A DNA stretch of 62,352 bases, filler included, from Stramenopiles sp. TOSAG23-2 (GCA_900128395.1; 29 parts of 29 records of this genome joined end to end with filler, not necessarily neighbours in it); one strand, 5' to 3'. Shown: positions 1 through 12,248, numbered from the whole stretch's first letter. Notes: generated by a model from the sequence alone, not told the origin. A program made the numbers and translations.

Positions 1-2
1 AG

Positions 3-206
3 GATGAAGCGGTAGTGGCTGCTGTTGCAGCGATTGAAAAAGAACGAGGAGGGAAGGATGGCGGGGATTCTAATATGATGAATAATGATGGTGGTAATGG
101 TATTGGTGATGGGAGTGATGTCGCAAATGGTGGTGGTGGTAGTAGTAGTGGTAATAGTGGTGGTGGAGGGCATATGAGTATAATGTTTGAAGAAGATGAG
201 ATATGA
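3..206 (+). CDS. C-terminal fragment of an unknown protein with a Gly/Ser/Asn-rich tail
   Basis: Open from the contig edge to TGA at 206, then AT-rich 3' sequence containing GATACTCGTA. Confidence 0.5.
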   Translation, partial: DEAVVAAVAAIEKERGGKDGGDSNMMNNDGGNGIGDGSDVANGGGGSSSGNSGGGGHMSIMFEEDEI

Positions 207-435
207 GGTATGACATATATACGCGTATGCGATACTCGTACAACAAGAGTGTTCGGTGGTGCGTGGTGCCATATCGCTGGTAAAAATTAACAATATATAT
301 ATCATTTTTATATCATATCATTACGAAATATTATCATACGTAATAAAAATAAAAAATGTGCGGAAGAGAAAAATTAAAAAAATGTCTCGGAAAAATTGGG
401 TGCACCGTGCTGCCAACGGGGACACACTGTAAATT

Positions 436-2072
436 TTACGTGTGTGTGCGTACGCACCAATATAAAACAAAAGATTTCACTCGCTCGAAAAAATATTTTT
501 TAATATAATACACTTTTACTAATCCTAATGTTTCCAACTTGGCACATTGCGCTTCCGCTTCCATTGGTGCAATAACATATGGTAAACCAAATAAACCAAG
601 TAATTCAATTACATCATCTACCATTTCATCCGTAACACCATCTGCATCACGAATAGCACGATTATGTAATTGTCGTAATTCTCGATCTTCCTCTGCGAGA
701 TTAGACAGTTCTTTATTTATGTTGGCAATGTTGGTGATATTTGGAGTTGGGGTGGTATTATTTTTATCGGTGTTCTTGTTGCTACTACTACTACTACTGG
801 ATCCAGTATTTGATTTATTTTGTAATTCCATTAATGTCAATTGTCGTTTTGGAGATTTGGTTGGAGATGGTGGTTTTGATGTTGATTTTTTACTTGTCGT
901 TGCACTTAAATCTATTATTTGTGGATTGTTTTTAGCATTATCATTGTTATTATTGCTGTTATTATTATTATTGGGGGATCTTGTGACAATTTTTGATGAC
1001 GAAGACGGCGGTATAGTCATATTTTCATCTACTGTTTTCTTGTGGTGATCTTTATCATCCTCGTTTTCATCCTCGTTTTCATCCTGGTTTTCATCTTCTT
1101 TTTCATCCTCGTTTTCATCCTTGTTTTCATCCTCTTTTTTATCCTCGTTTTCATCTTCTTTTTCATCCTCGTTTTCATCTTCTTCACTAGCTAAATCTAC
1201 AACAATTGGATTCTTCTTTTCACCATCGTTGTTAGCCGAATGCACATTATCTAGTATTGTTTCAGTTGATAAATCTACAATGTTATTTTCGCTTGCATCA
1301 ATATGATCACTTTCGTATGTATCAGAATCATCCTCATTATTTGACGAAGATGATGATATTTCTATAACCATTTGTTGTTGCTGCTGCTGCTGCTGTTGTT
1401 GTGGTTCTAAAGCTCCCATCGTATTCACATTCTCTATTACCACAACATCATTCGTTTTCTTTATTTCATTATGCATTGGTGTGATATCTACATACTTATT
1501 TGTGGAACTATTTGGCTGTTGTTGTTCAACTCCCACAGTTTTCTTCTGTTGATTCTCATTTACAATAACATTAACGATTTGTGGTATTTTCTTTGGGCTA
1601 TTTGATTTCACATTTTGTTTCTTTGGACTCTCCTTCATTTCCCATAAGTCATCATCATCATCATCATCAACTAGATTTGCATCATCCCACCCATCATCTA
1701 CATCTTTATTTTTTTTACCATCTGTATCACTGTCCGAATAGGAAGAATCATCACTACTATTTGTAATACCCCAACCACCATTTTTTTCATTATTACTTCC
1801 ATCGATTGTAATAATATTACTTTGTTCAGCTTCAAGTTTGTGATTGTTGTTGTTGTTGTTGTTATTGTTACGCCGCATATATCGATTGATACGATCTTCA
1901 ATACTTAAACCAACTTGTTGTTTCAATCCCATTTGTTTCTCTAATATTTTTTTCCGCTCTTGTTTTGATATATACAAAGTCACTTTTTTCTTCTTTTGTT
2001 CATTTCCATTATTATTGTTATTATTATTGTCATTATCATACAAATTGATAATACCACTAGTAGTTCCAACAT
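436..2072 (-). CDS. XPG: XPG/Rad2 (ERCC5-type) endonuclease, acidic spacer plus start of the I-domain; homology stops near 520
   Basis: RDADGVTDEMVDDVIELLGLFGLPYVIAPMEAEAQCAKLETLGLV is the XPG-I start; a long low-complexity spacer before it is typical of XPG rather than FEN1; open to the contig edge. Confidence 0.85.
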
Positions 2073-2172
2073 NNNNNNNNNNNNNNNNNNNNNNNNNNNN
2101 NNNNNNNNNNNNNNNNTTAATTAATTAANNNNNNNNNNNNNNNNNNNNNNNNNNNNNNNNNNNNNNNNNNNN
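2073..2172. other. Artificial contig-joining spacer (first of 28; others start at 4245, 6416, 8584, 10751, 12916, 15081, 17246, 19410, 21573, 23734, 25894, 28051, 30207, 32359, 34506, 36653, 38799, 40945, 43091, 45234, 47377, 49518, 51658, 53798, 55938, 58077, 60215)
   Basis: Identical N44-TTAATTAATTAA-N44 block (stops in all six frames) about every 2.15 kb; contig lengths fall steadily from 2072 to 2038 nt. Confidence 0.99.
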
Positions 2173-2174
2173 GC

Positions 2175-2702
2175 ACGGCCCACACAATCGTTGAAGTAGG
2201 AAAATGTCATAAACTTGCAGGAAATGACCACTATTCGTTCAAAATGACCTGGGGAGCTGCAAAAGCAACAGGTACCAAGACCACTCACGTTTTCAGACGA
2301 GATTGGACTGGCGGTGCCTGTGATGCTGCTGGTAAGTTATACCAAATTATGGACTTCGGAGCAATTGATGAGTGTCATCGTCAAGGAAACGAATCTTCCA
2401 TCAAATGGACAAAAGGTGGCGAAGGTATTGATGCTGAAGTGACAGAAAAAACCTATGGTACAGCGGATTGCACTGGTACACCTACAAGTACACTAAAGTT
2501 TAGTATTGTTAAGAATTCTTGTAGCACTAGCCAACAATGTTATGGAACAGGAAATAATCAATATTGCGAGTCAATTGCAACGAAATACAGAATGGGAGAG
2601 GCAAGCCAGCCTACATCCTCAGGTACAGCTCTATCCGCAGTAGTAGCTTCCGCAAACATCTTAGTAGCAATATTAAGCGTATTGTCCATTTTAATGCTAT
2701 AA
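2175..2702 (+). CDS. Cys-rich surface protein with probable GPI-anchor signal (5' partial)
   Basis: Open from the contig edge; repeated Cys-spaced units; ends in small residues (PTSSG) followed by a hydrophobic tail ILVAILSVLSILML. Confidence 0.65.
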   Translation, partial: TAHTIVEVGKCHKLAGNDHYSFKMTWGAAKATGTKTTHVFRRDWTGGACDAAGKLYQIMDFGAIDECHRQGNESSIKWTKGGEGIDAEVTEKTYGTADCTGTPTSTLKFSIVKNSCSTSQQCYGTGNNQYCESIATKYRMGEASQPTSSGTALSAVVASANILVAILSVLSILML

Positions 2703-2986
2703 AATGGTTGATATATATGTATGCTACCAACGAAACATATATCATATTGTACGATTTATTTATTTGGTATGCATAAATCCACATCATAATCATAAATTTA
2801 TACCACATTGTATTTCACCAATAATCACAATTATTAGACGCGTAATATTTTGTAAAAAATTACAAATATATTTGTTAATATTGTGTATTAATTCCTATAT
2901 ATACACAACAGTACGTATGAAAAAAATATGAAGATATATATATACCATATGTACTATTACGAATTCGTATAAAAAGAAGAATCAAA

Positions 2987-3169
2987 TTAATAAATTTGTG
3001 TATCAAAAATATAGAGAAGAGACAGTCCATTCGTAATATACTTCACTCCATTGATATATAAATCACCAGGGGAAGCAGACATTGAAAAATGTACCTGTTG
3101 AATCAACAAGAGAAATAATAATAGACAAGGAATTGTCGTCATGATCACCATCATCTTCTTAATGTACAT
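2987..3169 (-). CDS. Short ORF with signal peptide, possibly a truncated secreted-protein start
   Basis: MMVIMTTIPCLLLFLLLIQQVHFSMSASPG resembles a signal peptide; CCTGG motif about 60 nt upstream. Confidence 0.3.
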   Translation of the reverse strand: MYIKKMMVIMTTIPCLLLFLLLIQQVHFSMSASPGDLYINGVKYITNGLSLLYIFDTQIY

Positions 3170-3371
3170 AAATATATATATATATTCGGTTTTTTTTTTA
3201 CAATTATAATGTTATCTACTTTTTATTTTGCCAGGGTTTGTTAATTGCAACCAAAAACTATAAAAAAACGTACAAAAATTTCAACGTTGTTGTTATGTGC
3301 GCTTCGAAAAAAAAGAACACACAGTGATATATATACCGCGAAATTATTTATGACCACACCTCCATGCAAGC

Positions 3372-4244
3372 TCAAAATAACTCTACACTTGTTAATGCTT
3401 CGTTTGCATTACGAACTTTCACAATATCTTCATTTGTAAATTTATTTGTACGGTCATAATTTAAAAATCCATCACATTCCAATTCTACATCCGTTATTTG
3501 TGTATACACAGAAGCAGAAATATCAATAATTCGATTTAAAATGGTTTTAGTCATATTTACATATGTATCGGCTTCATCTTTTGGCGTGGAAACATGCAAA
3601 TATGTATGGCATTTATTTGGTACCCACATTTTCCCAGATACAAAAGCGCCAATTCCTCCGAATTCTCCGATCATAGCATATTTCGTTGTAGTTGGTTTTG
3701 GATCTTTCGGATCTGGATAATCGTGAATATCATTCACATCACCAACTGGTAAATTATTTGCATCCCCACCACTATCTGTATCAACTAAACGATTTTGCCA
3801 ATCCAATGATTTCGCTAATGCAACAATATCTTCAACCGAATATTTTGAAGTTGGTTTTGTAAATGCTTTCCAACAATCATCTTCATTAAACGTTTCCCAT
3901 TGTATTATGGAAGGATGATTCCCACGTTCTTTGATCATTTCTGTCATATCATGTACAAAAAATGGAATGGTATCTTCGGTTGCACCATGATATTTTTGAA
4001 CTGCATCTTGATAAATTGCTACACCAAGTTGATCAGCATGATAATACCAACGTTCGGGATTGACTTTTTGATGCAAACGTACCATATTCATACCAAATGA
4101 TTTTGCAATTTCAATATCAAATTTCAATGCATCATCTGATGGCGCAGTATATTGACCATCTGGCCACCATGATTGATCCAACCAACCAGCCATAAAAGTA
4201 AAATTTCCATTCAGCATGGGCCGTTTTACTCCTCCTTCTTTGAG
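3372..4244 (-). CDS. Glycoside hydrolase family 2 catalytic TIM barrel (5' partial)
   Basis: LDQSWWPDGQYTAPSDDALKFDI, MVRLHQKV, NHPSIIQWETFNE (acid/base Glu), GEFGG (nucleophile), YTQITDVE.ECDG. Confidence 0.9.
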   Translation of the reverse strand, partial: LKEGGVKRPMLNGNFTFMAGWLDQSWWPDGQYTAPSDDALKFDIEIAKSFGMNMVRLHQKVNPERWYYHADQLGVAIYQDAVQKYHGATEDTIPFFVHDMTEMIKERGNHPSIIQWETFNEDDCWKAFTKPTSKYSVEDIVALAKSLDWQNRLVDTDSGGDANNLPVGDVNDIHDYPDPKDPKPTTTKYAMIGEFGGIGAFVSGKMWVPNKCHTYLHVSTPKDEADTYVNMTKTILNRIIDISASVYTQITDVELECDGFLNYDRTNKFTNEDIVKVRNANEALTSVELF

Positions 4245-4985
4245 NNNNNNNNNNNNNNNNNNNNNNNNNNNNNNNNNNNNNNNNNNNNTTAATTAATTAA
4301 NNNNNNNNNNNNNNNNNNNNNNNNNNNNNNNNNNNNNNNNNNNNCAATAGTTATTTTGATGAATAAACTAAGAATATCCGATTTTTTGGTAATATCCAAT
4401 ATCTTGCTATCAAATATGCATAATTTAGTATACTGAATTAGTACTTAAATTAACTTTCTCATTTACAAGGACTATACAATGCTATTTACATTATAAATGT
4501 TATTAAAAATAACTATGGCAACAAATTATTCCGTTGGCTCGGAAGTACTGTCAATCATCTTGGTGCCTTTTGTAGCAGCAGGTAATAACGTAATAACATC
4601 TCAATCATGATACTTTGCATCGCTTCTTCTTTTGCATTTTGCATGCCCGGCATGCACACTTTTCTGTGTTTCTGTGCTGGTGTGCTGGTGTGGCTGGCAA
4701 CGATGCAACGATGTGCACAACAAACAAATAATTAACAAATTGCATGGAAGATGGAAGATGGAAACGAATTGCAAATACAACACATGTAATAATATATCCG
4801 CAGAGTACGTATATACATCGATATCGATCATCCATCCACCCATCTAAACAAACAAAGAGACAAGCAGTCATACAAAAGAACAAAGCCAATTTCCGTTTAA
4901 TTTAATTTATTTGACAAGGCAATAAGTCTAAAGGGATACAAGATACAAACAATATGCTAGGAAACGATGAAATAACAAGGAACAA

Positions 4986-6415
4986 ATGCTAAAATACTTT
5001 GCACCGAAAAAAGAAGAAGAATCTATTCGAGAAAGTTTTGGTATTTACAAGCAAGGAGAAAAAGGCGTGGATGAATTTCTTCGAATTGATAAACTAATGA
5101 CTCATCTATACTTCGAAGATACTGGAGAGAAGGGAGAAGAGGAATGGCGAAAAACATTCGGAGATGAAAGGGAAAGTTTTTTTAAAGTTGTGGGTAAGTT
5201 TGCACTAGGGCTATTCATGAAATTTATTCCCTTGCATCTTTGTCGGCGAAATACCGAAGATGAAAAGGAGAAGACCCAAAATGATGAAAACGAAAAATCA
5301 CAAAAGGGAGGAATCGTTTCAAAATCAGAAAGTGTTGCTCAAGTTTTAGAAGCTAAAACAATAACAAAAAAAACAGAATCTGAAGACTTGTTGGAGGCTG
5401 CTAGCAAACCAGAAACTGACATTGAATTTGCTAATAAAATTGAAACTTTTTATTGGCTACAATTCATTTTGCGTTGTTTGATTTTTATATATATGGCGAT
5501 TTACGTTGCAACCGAAGTCCGGGTAAGATTTTATAAAATCATACAGTCGGATCCTCCTCAGTATCTTGGTTACTGCAAAACAGATTATCGTTATTTGGAA
5601 AAGGAGCGGATGAAACAATATGTTTACTACAACACAACTTACCAGAAGAAAATTTACGGTAATTTTATTTGGGAAGGACCATTGCCCGGGTGTATGATAT
5701 TTACAAGTGCTGAGAAACGATATTCTTCGCTGGAAGAAGCCAAAACTGCATGCGAGGGTAATTATCCTATTTGTGGGGGTGTAACGTCAAATTGCAATGG
5801 CGGTAACGAGTATTGCACTGGAACTTCAGGGTACAGGTCATTACAATCTGATTGTAATGCTAATGAACGTGCGTATAAGCTTACGGGAAACAGTTCCATC
5901 ATGAAATTTTGGGAAATGAAAAAACAATTGGAGGATGTAATTGATACAAATATAAATGGCACGAAACTTGAGGAAACACAATATTGGCCAGTTTTATGGC
6001 TGAACAAAAACTCGTTTGGCTTTGATAGAGCTGGAGAGGATTAAAAGTTAGAAAAACGGATTGTGTTTATGGAGATGTTATTAAGGATTGAATTGTTGTA
6101 ATTTATAAATAAAATAAAAAATTTACAGCATTGAATTGCGTGCTGGCTTGTAGACAATTGAACAATAAAGTGTGGTTAGATAAGAGAGATAAATCATCTC
6201 TTGCTAGTTACGGAAAAGGATACACCGGTACGCTACGAAACCGGGATAAGAAATGTTTTTGTTCTAGGTTTGACTGCAATACGAAAGATATGAGTGACAG
6301 GGGAAATTACACAACTTATAATATTAAGTATCGTGTAGTCTATGAACGGTTGTTCGTTGCAACAGGGTTAGGAGAAGAAGGGCTAAATCAGAGAGGCTAT
6401 AGGCTAAGACCTTTT
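4986..6415 (+). CDS. Membrane protein with extracellular Cys-rich (PAN/apple-like) modules; ORFs 4986-6044 and 6131-6415 are probably one gene, 3' partial
   Basis: TM segment FYWLQFILRCLIFIYMAIYVA; LEEAKTACEGNYPICGGVT and NCVLACRQ..CFC motifs; acceptor-like TTTACAG at 6128, no clean donor found. Confidence 0.5.
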
Positions 6416-6515
6416 NNNNNNNNNNNNNNNNNNNNNNNNNNNNNNNNNNNNNNNNNNNNTTAATTAATTAANNNNNNNNNNNNNNNNNNNNNNNNNNNNN
6501 NNNNNNNNNNNNNNN

Positions 6516-7863
6516 TTTCATTAATTGTAATGAAATTTTCTAAAACAATATGATATTCATTTCCTAATGCAACTTGTCTAAATTCTTCTATTTGTCCGAT
6601 TTCAACAATGTTTGATTCATCAATATTATTATTAATACCATTTATTTTTAAATTTAAACAAGTTTCCATTGTTAAATTATATATTGGTTGCATTTTGGCT
6701 TTATAACATATAAATTTAGCATCTTCTGGTTCAACATATTGTATTGCTAATATACCAAATTGTGTAAATGCATTTTTCCATATATCATTGATTTCCTCCG
6801 TGCATATTATCAAATTAACACCATGTTTTTTTAATATTTTTGTGTATTGAAATGCACGTTCTGCTGGGTATTTTTCCCATTCCTTTCCAGGATTTTTATC
6901 GCTAATGATTCCCTTTATTTTCACATTGGAAGAACCACCATAAAGGTTTCTTGTTTTTTTAAAATCTATAGTTAATAATCCAATTATAACTATAAAACGT
7001 TTATTATTTGTAGATGATTGCAACGTTGTCATTATACGATCATAATTATGAGCATTGATTCTAGCAAATGATTTTTTTAAAATATAACCATTTTTTATTA
7101 CTTTTGTATCTTGCAACATTGCTTTTGGGACGATAAGGACCGGGAAGAAATTTAGTAAGCTATGTATAGCAGCAATTTTATTTTTTAACATCATCATAGA
7201 AGCATCGTTGTTGTTATCATTATCGTTGCTCTTGTTGTTCTTCGTCTTCTTCTCCTTTTTGTTGCTATTATTGATAACACCAGGTAAAGATGCTTTGATC
7301 CATTCAATAAGAATGTTTGCTAAAAATTCACTTGTTTCACGTCCAAATGAGCCACCAATGCTAGAATCTATTATTTTATACATTATTTGTTCCATATCTG
7401 TTTTATTGCATTGGATTGACCATTCTTTTATCATTGGAAATATAATTTTTGGATACCATAATGTTTGTATATCACGGACAGCAATGGAAAGTTTATTTAA
7501 GTTCACACTTTTCAAATTATCATTATAAATGGCAGAGTTATGCTTGGATAAATAAGATGAATAATAGATTGAATTTTTCAATAATCCATCTAATATTATT
7601 GTATACGTAGTACAACCGTCACCGTATGAATTATCTATTTTTTTGATACAATTTAATACATATTTTCCAATTGGACCTTCTATATTGACAGCTTTTATAA
7701 TGGAATAACCAGAATTTGTAATTAATATATCATTTGTATGGTTTACAATGACTTGATCAATGGATGATGGTCCTAGTGTAGGTGCTACTGTAGATGCAAG
7801 TGTTGATACAATATAAGATGATAATTTGATGGTATTGTAATGATTGTGTTGTGCGGACGTCAT
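6516..7863 (-). CDS. BBS10: Divergent group II chaperonin-like protein, BBS10-like (3' partial)
   Basis: TLGP, ILITNSG, I.GPIG and degenerate GDGCTT (GDGTTT in CCT); the remainder is too divergent for a canonical CCT subunit. Confidence 0.6.
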
Positions 7864-8466
7864 TTTATTGTTGTTGTTGGTAATATATTGTAATGGATAG
7901 ATCGAAGAAAAATGGCATCAGACGACTATATATTGTGCTTTTGTATATATATTTACATGTACTTTTTTCATTGCACCCATCATTATATTATACTGGTATA
8001 TATTTTTCAATACAACACATCATAATATTACTGTAGTATTATTATTTACTACCGTATTTAAAATAGTAGAACGAATACAGTGGAAACTTTTCTTTCCTCA
8101 TGCTGTGGTTATAATAATTTTTTTAGCAGGGCACCAGGCTGGGCAGGCTGGGCAGGCAACCAGGTCATGAAAATACCATCTAGCCCTAAAGCTAGCACGT
8201 ACTCAGCACTAGCAAGATTTCGAGGAAGAAGTGCATTTTATTGTGTGTAAAAAAAGTGGGGCCGGAATAGCTATTATACATCAAAAATGTTTTCCATTAT
8301 AAACTGTGTTATTTAAATAATTAAATAACTTTATAATACATATATATATATATACATATGTAGATAGATTATAGTTTTGAATTCAAGAAACATAAAATAT
8401 TATAGTTATATATATAACATCTTTAAAAAATTATATAAGAACATAAAAATAAAAGAAGAACTAATT

Positions 8467-8583
8467 ATGAAATATTTAGTATTGATTGTATTATTAAGCG
8501 CAGCTGTTGCTAACGCATCATCAACTGGAGGTACTGGTGGTGCAACTGGTGGTGCAACTGGTGGACCTAACTCAGAATGGGCT
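8467..8583 (+). CDS. Secreted protein N-terminus with GGAT repeats (3' partial)
   Basis: MKYLVLIVLLSAAVANA signal peptide, then TGGTGGATGGATGG. Confidence 0.7.
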
Positions 8584-8922
8584 NNNNNNNNNNNNNNNNN
8601 NNNNNNNNNNNNNNNNNNNNNNNNNNNTTAATTAATTAANNNNNNNNNNNNNNNNNNNNNNNNNNNNNNNNNNNNNNNNNNNNCATTCTTTAATCAATCT
8701 AAATGTTTTCTCATTGTCGTTATCCAATTTATATATATATACTTCGTACTCATGATAATTCCTACTCTTCAAAAGAATACAATAACTGAGACAAATAATA
8801 TCTATCTCACATTAAATTATATATATACACACGCGTAAATAAGAGAATTACTAGTATGATAATAAATATATACGCCGTATAAAAAATAAAAATGTGACAA
8901 ATTTTTACTAAAATATGGGAGA

Positions 8923-10419
8923 TCATACTCCCATCTTTATCGCTATTTGGTCATCGTCATCTTCTTCTTCCCCAACTGTATTTAATGTTGTAAAAGCAAC
9001 ATGTTTCATACTAGTACGATTTCTTTTGCTATGCATACTAATATTGCCATCTTCCTCGTTTTCAAAATAATAAGAAGATATCATATATAATATTAATGTT
9101 AGTAAAACTATGCCAGCCATAACACGATATAAAATATTAGAATTAAATCTTTCCATCACGATCCCTCCAATAACATAACCTATAAATGCACCAAAATTAA
9201 GAAACGAACTTCTTAAGCCTTGTGCAGTACTTTGTAATGTATTATTTGCTAGTTTCGATGCAATCGCAACACTACTCAACTGAAAACATGCATATGTAAC
9301 GCCATGCAACGGTTCCAATACTAATAACCACCATGGATTAGGTATGACTGTATATCCAACCACCCTACATACGTATGCAATGTGAGCTATACCCATTAAT
9401 GTTTGATTTGAAACTTTTTTCACGATGAAATCACTGTAATAAAATATAGGAACTTCAAACATTACCGTTATGAGCACAGAAATACCACATACAGTATTCG
9501 TAGCTTTTAAGTCATGGACAAAAAACAAAAATACCAAACCTTCAACTAACGATGTTCCCATACCTATGATACTAACAACCATGAAAAATGTTATTGAATA
9601 AATATTTTTACACAATATCGATTTGGTTGCATCAATTAGATTTACATTATTATTATGTTGGTTCACAAAATGCTCAGTATCATTATTATTATTATTATCA
9701 ATATTATTATCATCATCATCATCTTTGCTAATAACGGCCAACGCATTTTTTTCATTTATAATGCTATCATTTTCCTCATTAATATTTGTTATTGTTATGG
9801 CATGTTTCTTTTGAAATATCGTGTACAATATAATTGTTATAAATAAAATCGAATTCAATATTGAAAATGCATACAAAATTGTTGATGTAATATGAAATAG
9901 ATCCATAGAAATTCCCAATAAAATATGTGTAATTGCCCAAGATACCGCGCCCCATAACCGTTCTTTTCCATACGCCGCTTGTTTTATGGAAATATCATCA
10001 TCTTCATTTGCAAATGCATTTAAACCAATTGCATCCATCAACGAAGCCAAAGGTGGAAAAAATATGGAGAATATGGCGCGTACTATTACAACCTGGAAAA
10101 AAACATTGCAAAAACTATACGATAAAAAGGAAAGTGTAGCACCTATACAACATATTAATAAAACTAAGGGTGGGTTTTCGATTTTATCTGCAAACAAGGT
10201 CCACATAGGCCCGGTAAGCATAGCAAAAATCGAATATATTGCTAATACAATCCCAATTTCAGATGTCTTTAAGCCTAGCTCAAGAAAAAGCAATGAATTG
10301 AATCTACTATTGATGGATGAAAATAACATAAATTCAAACCAGAATAAAGCACGTGGTTTGTGCAATACATTGTTTGTACCAGGTAGTGCATTCAATACAT
10401 CTTCGTCGTCGTTATCCAT
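8923..10419 (-). CDS. Major facilitator superfamily transporter, MFSD6 / MFS_1_like
   Basis: About 12 hydrophobic helices; WTLFADK, YGKERLWGAVSW, FEVPIF and LEPLHGVTYA motifs. Confidence 0.88.
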   Translation of the reverse strand: MDNDDEDVLNALPGTNNVLHKPRALFWFEFMLFSSINSRFNSLLFLELGLKTSEIGIVLAIYSIFAMLTGPMWTLFADKIENPPLVLLICCIGATLSFLSYSFCNVFFQVVIVRAIFSIFFPPLASLMDAIGLNAFANEDDDISIKQAAYGKERLWGAVSWAITHILLGISMDLFHITSTILYAFSILNSILFITIILYTIFQKKHAITITNINEENDSIINEKNALAVISKDDDDDNNIDNNNNNDTEHFVNQHNNNVNLIDATKSILCKNIYSITFFMVVSIIGMGTSLVEGLVFLFFVHDLKATNTVCGISVLITVMFEVPIFYYSDFIVKKVSNQTLMGIAHIAYVCRVVGYTVIPNPWWLLVLEPLHGVTYACFQLSSVAIASKLANNTLQSTAQGLRSSFLNFGAFIGYVIGGIVMERFNSNILYRVMAGIVLLTLILYMISSYYFENEEDGNISMHSKRNRTSMKHVAFTTLNTVGEEEDDDDQIAIKMGV

Positions 10420-11155
10420 TTAAATGTAAAGGGCAGACGATTTTCGGCGACCTACTCTATAAATTGCCTCCTTCACTCCTTTGTATACTGCCTCCTTCAC
10501 TGCAGGTGTTGCATTTATACATTTACAGTTTTATTATTAGTATACCATATATTATACAATGTAATACCATCGTATAGCTCCTACTATTTATTATTCAACA
10601 ATAATAATACCAATAATAATTATTATTACTTGAATTACTAGGTCCTAACGACACCGGCAAAATCTCGAAATAAGGAGGAAGTAATTGCAATCATTTTGGG
10701 TGGCCGGCGTCATATTAATTTTATGTTGTTATTTATATAAATACTTGTTCNNNNNNNNNNNNNNNNNNNNNNNNNNNNNNNNNNNNNNNNNNNNTTAATT
10801 AATTAANNNNNNNNNNNNNNNNNNNNNNNNNNNNNNNNNNNNNNNNNNNNAGAAAAGACTGCAAGAGCAATGGATAATGGTCTTTTGGAAGATGATATGG
10901 AGATGTTGTAAAAATATGATTGGACAAAATCTTAAAAGTTATGTTTAAAATATAATAAATACGAAGAGAGAAAATAATATAAATTTTCTCTTACTCATAT
11001 ATACTCGTATAATTTTCTCTTACTCATATATTATACTAGCTTGTAAATCTCTACAAATTTCGTTGACTCATTGTGCTTCAAGCCAGCTGCTTTTCTTTTC
11101 GTAGCCCAAGCATTTTTGAATTTCTTGATGGCCATTTTTTTCAAAGTTAAAGCTG

Positions 11156-12248
11156 CTACATCACAACCCCCCACTCCGTGTTCATCTCGAATGGATATAT
11201 AGTTGGTGCAGTCGAACGATCCCCGTTGTCATAATTTTCCTTCCTAGCCTTGGCATAAAGCAGATTTTTGTGTAAAGTAGTTGCCCGGTAAAGATAATTT
11301 TCGCGAACATAAGATGCGTTCATTTGCAGACAGCAATCAGTATGATTTTTGTCCATAAGTTTTATTGTGTCTGGTCTATCAGAACAATCAGTTGTCTTGT
11401 TGGATATTGTTGTATCAAAATAACAAACTGGCTTAGTCAGATTGTCTAATGATTTAACAGCAATATGTGTACGACGGTTGATCGTTGAAAATGGTTGATC
11501 TTCTTGTTTAAAAACTCGAAAATCACCCCCATGCAATGCTTTGCTAAGGTTGATTGCTACACTATCGTGTATAAGATTTTGATTGTTGCTAAAACACGTA
11601 TTTAAGCACCTACTGCCTTTGCCCTTAGCACGAGTTGGAGCACCTAACACGACGTTTTCTTCCGGGTCAAAATTTTCTTTAACCCTTAACTTAATTACTA
11701 GTCCAGATAATAACGATAAAAATAATTGTATTGATGCTATAAGTTGTACTAAATCATCACGATGAATCATAAATGGTACCCACCGTTCAATAACTAAATA
11801 TATATGAACTGAACGAGCATGCCAATTACAATTTGATAGCTGCTGCCGTTGTATAAGGTTTTGATTTTTGCTAAAACACGTATTTAAGCACCTACTTAGC
11901 ACGCGTTGATCCTCGACCACGATGTGGTTTGACATTTGGACATCGTCCAATGTCTTTCTTTTCATGTTCCATTATACTTTGATATCTACCAATAGCTTTT
12001 TGATATCTCATTTCTAGAATCCAAGAACATTCACTATTTTTCAGTTGTAAATGATTACTGAAAGCAATGCCATGTAGTACCATACCTGATTTTGCAACCA
12101 TGGAAGTGTTAATCAGTTGTTTCCTAACGTCCGAAAACTGATCATAACGAGCGGTTTTCTTATTATAATTAAATTGTCTAAAACGTTCATATAAATTGCG
12201 TGGCATCGCCTTCTTGCATACGTAATTCCATACCCTGTGTTGTAACAT
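11156..12248 (-). pseudogene. Mosaic or degenerate coding region with an inserted membrane-protein fragment
   Basis: Two overlapping ORFs; SRCLNTCFS.NQNLI occurs twice around a hydrophobic PF..RDD.VQLIASIQLFLSLLSGL segment. Confidence 0.4.
11568..11908. repeat. Imperfect direct repeats of about 60 nt (11568-11637 and 11850-11908)
   Basis: TGTATAAGrTTTTGATTkTTGCTAAAACACGTATTTAAGCACCTACT...TAGCACGmGTTG in both copies. Confidence 0.9.

Noticed and set aside
539-1306. Antisense ORFs rich in L, S, F or H, here and throughout the ORF track
   Set aside because: Shadows of low-complexity coding tracts on the opposite strand
2117-2128. Regularly spaced TTAATTAATTAA palindromes and ORFs ending in XXX..LIN
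   Set aside because: Artificial linker within N runs
4601-4889. Short overlapping ORFs upstream of 4986
   Set aside because: No recognisable motif; the composition fits promoter stutter repeats
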